This document shows, piece after piece, positions 27,034 to 35,552 of a DNA stretch of 64,000 nt. The stretch covers positions 193,394 through 257,393 of the forward strand of contig NZ_CBDBOM010000003.1 in NCBI RefSeq assembly GCF_965208355.1, in the 5' to 3' direction. Below the pieces are notes generated by a model. It had not been told where the DNA came from and did not search any database. It saw only the letters and a list, made by a program, of their open reading frames with translations. Source of the stretch: Candidatus Poriferisocius sp. Its GTDB lineage: Bacteria > Actinomycetota > Acidimicrobiia > Acidimicrobiales > Bin134. The stretch's first letter is position 1. Each line of letters starts with the position of its first letter. The position numbers and the translations under genes were made by a program.

Positions 27034-28772
27034 TTGCTTCTCAGCGCCGCGGTGGCCGCCGGGTCCACCTCCCCGGTCTCGATGTCTATGACCACGCCGT
27101 AATCACGACGGGCCGCCTCCGGCGACACACGACCGTCTCGCACATCGGCGGCCACCTGCTCGGGGTCGCGTTTATACGGGTCTCCGAAGCCACCGCCGGC
27201 CGAGGTGAGCATGGTGATCATGTCCCCGGCTCGCAGAGGGTAGGCAGTGACCTTGGACGGCAGCGCTTCTTCGTCGGGGGTGCCTTGGTTGAGCACCCAG
27301 CCCCCGCCCGCGCCGGGCGAGCCGCCAAAGATGCCGGGAGGGGGGCGACGGCAGCGATCGGTGGCCCGGCCGGTGAACTGGCCGTCGGTGAGGATGCGGA
27401 TGTCGCGGCGCGATCCGGTGCCGCCCCGCCACTGGCCCGGCCCCCCTGAGTCAGTCCACAGCTCGAATCGCTCAAAGCGCACCGGGTGCTCCTGCTCATA
27501 GGCCTCCACAGTGTGGAATGCCCCCCCGGCGCCCAACACCAGCGGGCCGGTCACGTCCACTCCGTCACGATCGGAGCGGGCGCCGGAACCGCCGAATTGG
27601 GGATCCATGAATGCCCACGGCCGGCCGTCGGCCCCGATGCCGTTCATGATGTAGACGTGAACGTTGCAGGAGGCGGCCACCGCCCGGGCTGGGTCGAGCT
27701 GGGAGAACGCCCCGAGCATGGCCTCCACCACCGCCATGACCGTGGCCATGCGGGCGTTGAGCGCGGCGGGCGGATTGGGATTCACCAGCGTGCCCTGGGG
27801 CAGACGCAGCTCCAAGGGCCGGAAAGCGCCGTCGTTCACCGGGATGTCGGGGGCCAGCAGGCAGCGGACAGCGAACAGCACTCCAGAGGTGGTCTGCGAT
27901 ACCGCGGCGTTGATCGGGCCCGGCGCTTGGGCTGAGGTCCCCTCGAAATCGGCGGTGATGGTGGAGCCGCTCACGGTGAGGGCCACATGCACCTCGTGGT
28001 CGGCGTCGGGGTTGACGCCGTCGTCGTCGATGATGAACGAGCCGGTGTAGGTGCCGTCGGCCAACGCCACGATGCCCGCCCGGGTACGGCGCTCGGTGTA
28101 GTCCAACAGCTCGTCGGTGATCTGGTGCAGCCGATCCAGGCCATACCGGTTGGCCAGATCGTCCAGCCGGTCGGCGCCCAGATTGGTGGCCGCCATCATG
28201 GCCCGGATGTCGCCCAGCACTTTCTCCGGGGTGCGGCTGTTAGCCGCGATCACATCCAGCATCGGCTGGTTGGCCTCCCCGGCGATCGACAGCGGCACGG
28301 GGGGCAGTACCAAGCCCTCCTGGAACATCTCGGTGGCGTTGGCCGGCAGTCCGCCGGCGGCCATGCCCCCCAGGTCGGCCACGTGCAGCAGGGCGCAGGT
28401 GAAGAATGCCAGCGTGCCGTCGATGAACACCGGGCGGAACACCATCACATCGTTGGAGTGGATGCCGCCCCGGTAGGGATCGTTAGAGGCGTAAACATCG
28501 CCGTCGGCCATTTCCGAGGCCGGAAAGTCGTCCAGCAGCGAGCGCAGCGACGGACGAAGGCTGGAAAGGTGCATCAGCGGGGCGCCCATCGATTGGGCGA
28601 TGAACTGGCCCTGGTAATCGAAGATGGCGGCGGTGGAGTCACCGCCCTCTTTCACCACTGAGGAGTAGGCCGATCGCACGGTGGTCAGCCCCATCTCCTC
28701 GGCGATAGCTCCCAGGGCGTTCTTGACCACCTCCAGCGCAATGGGATCCGAGGGCCGGGCTTCGGTGGTCAT
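27030..28772 (-). CDS. hydantoinase B/oxoprolinase family (HyuB-like) subunit
   Basis: DPIALEVVKNALGAIAEEMG N-terminus, 580 aa. Its stop overlaps the HyuA-like start as ATGA. Confidence 0.9.
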   Translation of the reverse strand: MTTEARPSDPIALEVVKNALGAIAEEMGLTTVRSAYSSVVKEGGDSTAAIFDYQGQFIAQSMGAPLMHLSSLRPSLRSLLDDFPASEMADGDVYASNDPYRGGIHSNDVMVFRPVFIDGTLAFFTCALLHVADLGGMAAGGLPANATEMFQEGLVLPPVPLSIAGEANQPMLDVIAANSRTPEKVLGDIRAMMAATNLGADRLDDLANRYGLDRLHQITDELLDYTERRTRAGIVALADGTYTGSFIIDDDGVNPDADHEVHVALTVSGSTITADFEGTSAQAPGPINAAVSQTTSGVLFAVRCLLAPDIPVNDGAFRPLELRLPQGTLVNPNPPAALNARMATVMAVVEAMLGAFSQLDPARAVAASCNVHVYIMNGIGADGRPWAFMDPQFGGSGARSDRDGVDVTGPLVLGAGGAFHTVEAYEQEHPVRFERFELWTDSGGPGQWRGGTGSRRDIRILTDGQFTGRATDRCRRPPPGIFGGSPGAGGGWVLNQGTPDEEALPSKVTAYPLRAGDMITMLTSAGGGFGDPYKRDPEQVAADVRDGRVSPEAARRDYGVVIDIETGEVDPAATAALRSK

Positions 28773-28809
28773 CTCTTAGGGCTGGTCCATGGCAATCAGA
28801 GCCTTTTGC

Positions 28810-29691
28810 TCAAAGTTCGAACGGCCCTTTGCCCATTTGGTCGCGGATGGTGGTGACGGCGGGGTTGGTCATGGAACGGCGCTGCCAGTTGGCCCCGTCC
28901 ACCACCATGGTATGGCCGCTGATGAACCGGGCGAATGGGGAGGCCAAGAAAGTGGCCGCCCAGCCCAGTTCCCGCAGCCGCCCCACCCGCATGGCCGGCT
29001 GGCACGGGTCCTTCTCGTGGGTGCGGTCGAGGCTGGAGCGGATGTCGGCGGTCATGTCCTCGTGGGGAAACAGCCCCGGCACTAGGCCATTCACCTGGAT
29101 GCCGTATGGACCCCATTCCACGGCCAGGCTCTCGGTCATGGACTTGACCCCTGCCTTGGCCGCGGCCGAGTGGGCGAAGCCGGGCCCGCCGGTCCAGGCG
29201 TAGGACGCCCCGATGTTGATGATCGAACCCGTGGTGCCGGTCGCTAGATGGCGGCGGGCGAACTCCCGGGCGCAGAAGAAGGTGCCGTTGAGGGTGATGT
29301 CCACCACCGTGCGCCAGGCATTGGCCGACATGTCCTCGGCCGGCACCGGGAAGTTGGCGGCCGCGTTGTTAATGAGCACGTCGGGCAGGGCGAACCGCTC
29401 GGTGGCGGCGTCGAAGGCCTCGGCGATTTGCTCGGCCTGGCGGATGTCGCAGCCCACCACCAGCACCTCGGCGCCGGTGGCCTCGATGGCGGCCTGGCCC
29501 GCCTCCAAGTGCTCAGGCTTGCGGCTGGCGATGACCAGGTTGGCTCCCAGCCGGGCGAACTCAGTGGCGATGGCCTTGCCCAGCCCGGTGCCGCCGCCGG
29601 TGACGAACACGGTCTGGCCGCCGTAGGTGCCGGGCACCAGCGCGGTGGCGCCCTCGGGAGCGGGTTCGGGCAATCCGATGATCTCAGCCAT
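28810..29691 (-). CDS. SDR oxidoreductase (2,4-dienoyl-CoA reductase-like)
   Basis: VFVTGGGTGLGKAIATEFARLGANLVIASRK with SDR core blocks, 293 aa. Confidence 0.8.
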   Translation of the reverse strand: MAEIIGLPEPAPEGATALVPGTYGGQTVFVTGGGTGLGKAIATEFARLGANLVIASRKPEHLEAGQAAIEATGAEVLVVGCDIRQAEQIAEAFDAATERFALPDVLINNAAANFPVPAEDMSANAWRTVVDITLNGTFFCAREFARRHLATGTTGSIINIGASYAWTGGPGFAHSAAAKAGVKSMTESLAVEWGPYGIQVNGLVPGLFPHEDMTADIRSSLDRTHEKDPCQPAMRVGRLRELGWAATFLASPFARFISGHTMVVDGANWQRRSMTNPAVTTIRDQMGKGPFEL

Positions 29692-29705
29692 TGGTCCAAA
29701 CCTCC

Positions 29706-30488
29706 CTAGGACCGCTTGTACTCGGGGTCGCGCTCTTCGGCTCGGGCCGCCCGGAACTCGGCAAAATCGTCCGACCGGTTGATGAGCGTCTGATAGGCGT
29801 ACTCGTCGTTCATGGAACTGCGCAGCCCTTCGATGGCCAGGTTGCGGATTACCCGGCGGGCAAGCTGAACCGTGTAAGGCGAGGCGGCGGCGATCTGGGT
29901 TGCCATCTCCATCACGGTGTCGTCCAGCTCCTCGGGGGGCACGATGCGGGACACGATGCCGTGGGTCAGAGCCTCCTCAGCGCTCAGTATTCGACCGGTG
30001 AGCACCATGTCGCTGACCAGGCCCGACCCGCAGATCTCGAACAGCCGTCCCACCCCGCCAGTGTCGGGGATCACCCCGTGGGTCACTTCGGGGAGTCTGA
30101 ATCGGGCGCCTTCGGCCGCCACCCGGATGTCGCACAACAGGGCTCGCTGGAAGGAGCCGCCCATGGCCCATCCCTGGATGGCCACGAGGATGGGGGCGTC
30201 GATGTCCCAAATTTGCTGAATGCCCTTCTGGCCTCGGTCCATTAGGGCGTGGTGGGCCATTTCCACCTGGCCGCCGCCTATTGCCGACACGTCTCGGCCC
30301 GACGACCACGACTTGCCCTCGCCCCGCCACACCACGGCTCGGATGGACTTGTCGGCCTTGATCTCGCCCAAGATGTCGAAAAGCGCCAGATCCATGTCGT
30401 CGTCGAAAGCGTTGTGCTTGGCGGGATTGTTGTTAGTGATCACGGCGATGTGTCCGTCCACCGTTAGCTGTATTCGATCATCGGCCAT
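29706..30488 (-). CDS. enoyl-CoA hydratase/isomerase (crotonase family)
   Basis: IAVITNNNPAKHNAF...WRGEGKSWSSGRD crotonase pattern, 260 aa. Confidence 0.85.
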   Translation of the reverse strand: MADDRIQLTVDGHIAVITNNNPAKHNAFDDDMDLALFDILGEIKADKSIRAVVWRGEGKSWSSGRDVSAIGGGQVEMAHHALMDRGQKGIQQIWDIDAPILVAIQGWAMGGSFQRALLCDIRVAAEGARFRLPEVTHGVIPDTGGVGRLFEICGSGLVSDMVLTGRILSAEEALTHGIVSRIVPPEELDDTVMEMATQIAAASPYTVQLARRVIRNLAIEGLRSSMNDEYAYQTLINRSDDFAEFRAARAEERDPEYKRS

Positions 30489-30524
30489 GGCCTCACCGTA
30501 TCTGTCGCTGGGTCGGCGGGAAGA

Positions 30525-31424
30525 ATGGGGCCGATATGGGACACAATGGCCCCTATGGCGATGAATCTAGACATGGTGGGACACCGCGGAGAGCCCCATC
30601 AACGGGGATGGCTGCCCCGGGACTGCACCCTGTACGGGCTGAGCGTGGGGGCAGGCTTCGACAACCTGGCCTTCGTGGGGGAGATGGCGTCGGGCCACCC
30701 TCAGCAGGTGTACCCCAGCTTTGTGTGCTCGGGGGGCCGGTCGGACAAGCCCAGCAGCGGCGACAATCCCATGTTCCGGTTCGGCGACTACCAAGTGCAT
30801 CAGCTGGTACACGGCGAGCAGGAGCTCACCGTCCACGGCGAGATTGGGCCGACGGGGTCGGTGATCAGCACGTCGACCGTGGTCGGCATCTACGACAAGG
30901 GCTCCGGGGCGGTGGTCCACAGTGAGAGCGAGTCGGTGGACGCCGCCACCGGCGAGCCGATGTTCACCACCGGCTCCAAGCTGTTCGTGATGGGCGAGGG
31001 CGGCTTTGGCGGCGACCCCGGGCCAAAGACACCGGCGTGGGATACCGAGGATGCACCACCCGATGCCACCGTGGACTGGCTGACCTTGCCCGTGCAGTCG
31101 CTGCTCTACCGGCACGGGGGCAACGACCCCAACCTGATCCACTACGACCCCTCAGTGGCCGCGGCCGCCGGGTTCGACGGTCCCATCCTCATGGGGCTCA
31201 ACACCTACGGATTTGCCTGCCGAGCGCTGGTGGAGACGGTATGTGGTGGCGATCCTCTGGCCCTGGGATCGATGGCCGGTCGTTTCGCTTCCCCCGGCTA
31301 CAACGGCGATGTGCTCACCACCCAGATCTGGCACAACCGCCACGAGGAGAACGAAGTGCTGTTCCGGGTGGTCTCCAACCGGGGCACCACGGTCTTCGAC
31401 AAGGGCCGGGCCACGCTTCGGTAA
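30525..31424 (+). CDS. MaoC-like double hot-dog (hydratase-2 type) dehydratase
   Basis: SLLYRHGGNDPNLIHYDPSVAAAAGFDGPILMGLNTYG matches the hydratase-2 motif region. The start is uncertain, with alternative ATGs at 30546-30561. Confidence 0.8.
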   Translation: MGPIWDTMAPMAMNLDMVGHRGEPHQRGWLPRDCTLYGLSVGAGFDNLAFVGEMASGHPQQVYPSFVCSGGRSDKPSSGDNPMFRFGDYQVHQLVHGEQELTVHGEIGPTGSVISTSTVVGIYDKGSGAVVHSESESVDAATGEPMFTTGSKLFVMGEGGFGGDPGPKTPAWDTEDAPPDATVDWLTLPVQSLLYRHGGNDPNLIHYDPSVAAAAGFDGPILMGLNTYGFACRALVETVCGGDPLALGSMAGRFASPGYNGDVLTTQIWHNRHEENEVLFRVVSNRGTTVFDKGRATLR

Positions 31425-31444
31425 TCAGCAGGAAGGGCAATGCC

Positions 31445-32509
31445 ATGAGCAGGTTGGTGATCGACGCCGACGGCCACATAAGCGAGCCGGCGGAGCTGTG
31501 GGAGGAGTTCTGCGATCCAGAATTCCTGGCCTTTGCGCCCCGGCGGGTGCTGGACAGCCAAGGGCGGCCTCGCACCTTCGTGGGGGGCGAGATGGCGCCC
31601 TACATCCCGTTCGACTCCGAGGCCTATGACAAAGAGCGCCCAAAAGGCGGGGTCGATCCCCACGCCCGGTTGGCCGATATGGACAGCGAGGGCATGGACA
31701 TCTCGGTGATCTTCCCCACCACGGGGCTCATGTTCGGAGGCATTGCCGACGCCGCGGTGAACAACGCCTTGTGCCGGGCGTACAACGACTGGCTCCGCAC
31801 CTACTGCGACACGAATTCATCTCGGCTGCTGGGGGTGGCGGTGGTGCCGCAAGTGGATCCGGCGCTGATGGTGGCCGAAGCTCGCCGGGCCATCGATGAT
31901 CTGGGATTCGTTGCCGTGATGCTGCGGCCCAACGTGATTGCCGATCGGACCCTGGACCATCCGGCCTATGACGGCTTGTGGACGCTGCTGGCCGACCGGG
32001 GGGTCCCCGCCGCTCTGCACGAGGGGACCACCCAGAACGTCCCCCAATCGGGGCTGGATCGCTACGACAACTTCATGTTCCGCCATGTGTGCTCCCATCC
32101 CCATGAACAGCAGATGGGCTGTTTGGAGCTGATCGCCGGCGGGGTGCTGGAACGCCACTCTGAGTTGCGGGTGGTGTTCCTCGAGTCAGGCTGCGGATGG
32201 GCGCCCCACTGGCTGGAGCGCATCGACGAGCATCTGGACTCCTGGGGCCACGCCTCGGCCCCGCTGGAGCTGAGCGCCACCGAGTACTTCCTACGGCAGT
32301 GCTTCATCTCCTGCGACCCCGAGGAGCGGACAGTTCCCGGGGTGTTGGACATTTTGGGCGACGATTGCGTGGTTTTCGCCACCGACTACCCTCACCCCGA
32401 CGGTGTATTTCCCGGCGTGGTGAAAGCACTGGCCGACCGGGACGACCTGAGCGACTCCCGCAAAGACAAGATCTTGGGGCTGAACGCCAAGCGGTGTTTC
32501 GGCCTGTGA
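31445..32509 (+). CDS. amidohydrolase_2 family metal-dependent hydrolase/decarboxylase
   Basis: ATG at 31445. MSRLVIDADGHISEP ... FATDYPHPD bracket the typical metal-binding motifs. The upstream part of the 490-aa track ORF overlaps the MaoC gene and is rejected. Confidence 0.85.
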   Translation: MSRLVIDADGHISEPAELWEEFCDPEFLAFAPRRVLDSQGRPRTFVGGEMAPYIPFDSEAYDKERPKGGVDPHARLADMDSEGMDISVIFPTTGLMFGGIADAAVNNALCRAYNDWLRTYCDTNSSRLLGVAVVPQVDPALMVAEARRAIDDLGFVAVMLRPNVIADRTLDHPAYDGLWTLLADRGVPAALHEGTTQNVPQSGLDRYDNFMFRHVCSHPHEQQMGCLELIAGGVLERHSELRVVFLESGCGWAPHWLERIDEHLDSWGHASAPLELSATEYFLRQCFISCDPEERTVPGVLDILGDDCVVFATDYPHPDGVFPGVVKALADRDDLSDSRKDKILGLNAKRCFGL

Positions 32510-32528
32510 CCAAGAGGAGGAAGAAGCC

Positions 32529-34025
32529 GTGAAGGACAGCAAGCGTAGGGTGTCGGCTTTGCCGCGTTGGACGTTGGTGCTGTTGGCCTTGGCCCTGGTG
32601 GCTGGAGCCTGCGGAGGCAATAACGACGACGACGGCGACGCGGGGACTGAAGCCCCGGAGCCGACGGTGGCCGCGACGGCTCCCGAACCAGCCGATGCCG
32701 ACGGCCAAGCCGAACCCGCTCCAACAGAGAGCGAATCCGACGAACCGGCACCCGCCCCTACGCAGGAGGAGCCAGAGGAAGCTGAGGCACCCGCTCCAGA
32801 GGAAGCGCCCGAGGCCACACCTGAGCCCATCGTTTTGACCGATTCGTTCCGAGGGGTGACCTCAGAGACCATCCTCATCGGCCACCCAACCATCGATTTT
32901 GAGAAGTTGAATGCCGATTTCGGGCTTGACCTGCCCTACCAGAATTTCGGGCCGCCGCTTTTGGCCTTGGTGGACTGGTACAACGAGCAGGGCGGCGTGC
33001 TGGGGCGGCGCATCGAGGTGGTGTCCGAGCTGTACATGCCGGTAGGGTCCACCACCGCAGAGGCGGTGTGCCTCAAAATGACGGAGGACCAGCAAGTATT
33101 CGCGGTTCTCACTGGGTTTGCCGGCCCTGGCACAGAGCATGTGAACACATGCATTACCGAGCTGTACGACACCATCTTGGTCGGCGGCCTTCCCACCCCC
33201 GAGCAGGCCGAGGCGGCGGGTGGTCTATGGGTCACCTCCGAGATGAGTTTGGGACGGCGCAATCAGGCGATGGTGTCCATCTTGGAGCAGACCGGGCGCA
33301 TCGACGACCTGAGTCCGTTCATGGTCTTCGGCGGCCATCCCGAACAGCAGGCACTGGCGGACGGCGTTGCCGATGCCTTGAGGGCGGCCGGGGCCGAAGT
33401 GCCAGTGGTCGTGGTGGTGAACAACTCCGGGGACCAGGCCGCCACACAGGCCGAAGTGGACGTGTACGTCGAGCGGGCCCGCAGCGATGGTGTTAGGTCG
33501 GCGATACTGATCGGTGAGGCGGAATTCCGCAACATTCACTTATTTACCACCGCGCCAGAAATCATCTACATCATGGGCCACGGCGATCGCCTTACCGATT
33601 GGCTCCGTGAGCCGCCCGATGGCCTCCAATCCGGAACCAAGGTGTTCACTGCCCGAGCCGGCCCATCACCGATGGAAGATCCCCGCATCCTGCACTGTAT
33701 CGGCGTGATTGAGGCCGCTCTGGAGATCGAGATACTGCCTCCAGAAGAATTAGAAGAAGGGGACATACAGCACTGGGCCGGAATGATCAACGCCTGCCGC
33801 GATCTGTCCATGTTTATGCAAATTGCCGAAGCGGCCGGTCCTGATCTCACCAACGAATCCTGGGTGGCGGCGTTGGACAACATTCCCGACATCTCGGTTC
33901 CCGGAATGGCGTTCGCCTCGATCAGCTCAAGCAAGGTGGACGCCGCCGACGAGCTGTACCTGGTTGAATACGACTTCGACACCCGGGCGTTTATCGAGCT
34001 GGAAGGCCCCATCGACGTGGGGTAG
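32529..34025 (+). CDS. solute-binding lipoprotein, type I periplasmic-binding-protein (Liv-like) fold, copy 1
   Basis: GTG follows GAGGAGGA. Signal plus lipobox LVAGACGG, then a ~70-aa Pro/Glu/Ala linker, then ...LVDWYNEQGGVLGRRIEVV..., which resembles the N..GG..GR.ie.v block of branched-chain amino-acid-type binding proteins. Confidence 0.65.
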   Translation: MKDSKRRVSALPRWTLVLLALALVAGACGGNNDDDGDAGTEAPEPTVAATAPEPADADGQAEPAPTESESDEPAPAPTQEEPEEAEAPAPEEAPEATPEPIVLTDSFRGVTSETILIGHPTIDFEKLNADFGLDLPYQNFGPPLLALVDWYNEQGGVLGRRIEVVSELYMPVGSTTAEAVCLKMTEDQQVFAVLTGFAGPGTEHVNTCITELYDTILVGGLPTPEQAEAAGGLWVTSEMSLGRRNQAMVSILEQTGRIDDLSPFMVFGGHPEQQALADGVADALRAAGAEVPVVVVVNNSGDQAATQAEVDVYVERARSDGVRSAILIGEAEFRNIHLFTTAPEIIYIMGHGDRLTDWLREPPDGLQSGTKVFTARAGPSPMEDPRILHCIGVIEAALEIEILPPEELEEGDIQHWAGMINACRDLSMFMQIAEAAGPDLTNESWVAALDNIPDISVPGMAFASISSSKVDAADELYLVEYDFDTRAFIELEGPIDVG

Positions 34026-34047
34026 CTCCACCCGATGAGGGGGAATC

Positions 34048-35532
34048 ATGAAACAACGCGGTGTAGGCGCATCGACTCGCTGGCTGGTTGTGGTCGTGCT
34101 TGTGGCATTGGTGGCCGCGGCGTGCGGTGGCAATGACGACAATGGGGGAGGCGACGCGGCCACGCCCCAGGCCGAGACGACAGCACCGACGGCCGAGGCT
34201 GAGCCCGAGCCCGCTCCGGCCGAGCCCGAGCCTGACGAACCGGCACAGGCCACCGCCGAAGAACCGGCGCCCACCGAGGGGCCGGCCGCAGTTGAAGCCC
34301 CTGAGGCCACAACGGAGCCCACTCCCGAGCCCATTGTCTTGACCGACTCGTTCCGGGGGGTGACCTCGGAGGCGATTCTCATCGGCCACGTCCACGTCGA
34401 CTTCGAACGGCTGCGGACCGACTTCGGGCTCGACTTGCCTTACGGAAGCTTCGGCCCCCCATTTCTGGCCCTTGTGGACTGGTACAACGAACAAGGCGGC
34501 GTGCTCGGACGGCGCCTCGAAGCGATTTCCGAGGCCTACTGGCCGGTGGGCTCAGCGGGCGCCGAAGAGCTCTGCCTCAAGCTCACCGAAGACGTGGAGG
34601 TATTTGCCGTGCTGGGCGGCTTCACCGGATCGGGCTCGGCCGGAGTTAACACCTGCATCACCGAACTGCACGAGACCATCCTGGTCGGCGGGTTGCCCTC
34701 ACGGTCGGAGGCCGAGGCCGCTGGCGGGCGGTGGGTCATCGCCCCCACCAGCCTGGATCGGCGCAATGCCGCCTTTGTGTCGGTGTTGGAGCAGACCGGT
34801 CGAATCGACGAACTGGGCCCGATCATGGTGATTGCCATCACCGGCGCGCCGCCCGGGCTAGTCGACTCGGTGGTGGAGCTATTGGAAGCCGCTGGCGCCG
34901 AGGTCCCGGTGGTGGCGAAGGCCGCCTACACCGGAGACACCATCGCCACCCAGGAAGAGATGGACGTGTTCGTTGAGCGGGGCCGGGTCGAGGGAGTAGA
35001 GGCGATAATGCTCATCGGAGAATCCCCGACCCGAGACGCCCAGCTGTTCGCCAACGCGCCTGACATGGTCTATTTGGTGCCCAATGGCGACCGCATCGGA
35101 ACCTGGGAACAAGAGCAGCCCGAAGGCCTTAGTCCTGACACCGTGGTGCTGACCGCCCGAACCTTCCTGGACTACCCGGTGGACGATCCCCGCATCCAGC
35201 AGTGCATCGAGGTGGTCGAGGCTGCCACCGGTGTGCAGGTTGTGCCCCCCGACCAGCAGGCTGAAGGCGATCCCGACTACTGGCCGGGGATGTTCAACGC
35301 CTGTCGCGACCTGGCTATTTTCGTGCAAATCGCCGAGGCTGCCGGTCCCAATCTGACCAACGAATCGTGGGTGGAGGCGCTGGGCCGGGTGCCCGACCTG
35401 TCGGTGCCCGGCTATGGCTTCGTCTCTATTCGGCCCGGCAAGATCGACGCCAACGACCAGCAGTACCTGATGGAGTACGACTACGACTCCAAGACGTTTG
35501 TCGAGCTGGCTGGCCCCCTCGACGTGGGCTAG
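34048..35532 (+). CDS. solute-binding lipoprotein, type I periplasmic-binding-protein (Liv-like) fold, copy 2 (tandem paralogue)
   Basis: Lipobox LVAAACGG and an acidic Pro-rich linker. It is collinear with copy 1 over the whole mature protein, for example in PEPIVLTDSFRGVTSE, LALVDWYNEQGGVLGRR, VNTCITEL, TILVGGLP and IAEAAGP.LTNESWV.AL. Confidence 0.65.
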   Translation: MKQRGVGASTRWLVVVVLVALVAAACGGNDDNGGGDAATPQAETTAPTAEAEPEPAPAEPEPDEPAQATAEEPAPTEGPAAVEAPEATTEPTPEPIVLTDSFRGVTSEAILIGHVHVDFERLRTDFGLDLPYGSFGPPFLALVDWYNEQGGVLGRRLEAISEAYWPVGSAGAEELCLKLTEDVEVFAVLGGFTGSGSAGVNTCITELHETILVGGLPSRSEAEAAGGRWVIAPTSLDRRNAAFVSVLEQTGRIDELGPIMVIAITGAPPGLVDSVVELLEAAGAEVPVVAKAAYTGDTIATQEEMDVFVERGRVEGVEAIMLIGESPTRDAQLFANAPDMVYLVPNGDRIGTWEQEQPEGLSPDTVVLTARTFLDYPVDDPRIQQCIEVVEAATGVQVVPPDQQAEGDPDYWPGMFNACRDLAIFVQIAEAAGPNLTNESWVEALGRVPDLSVPGYGFVSIRPGKIDANDQQYLMEYDYDSKTFVELAGPLDVG

Positions 35533-35552
35533 CCAGATTCGGAGACGGGGCG

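Noticed and set aside
35367-35552. Upstream extensions of track ORFs for the sulfite-oxidase-family gene. The same issue affects 31037..31444, 13475..13651, 23614..23721, 55112..55657, 59253..60383 (portion above 60074) and 42627..44585 (portion above 44189).
   Set aside because: Each extension overlaps the well-supported 3' or 5' part of a neighbouring gene and lacks homology-like sequence. Internal starts give family-typical N-termini and, in several cases, ATGA or GTGA coupling.
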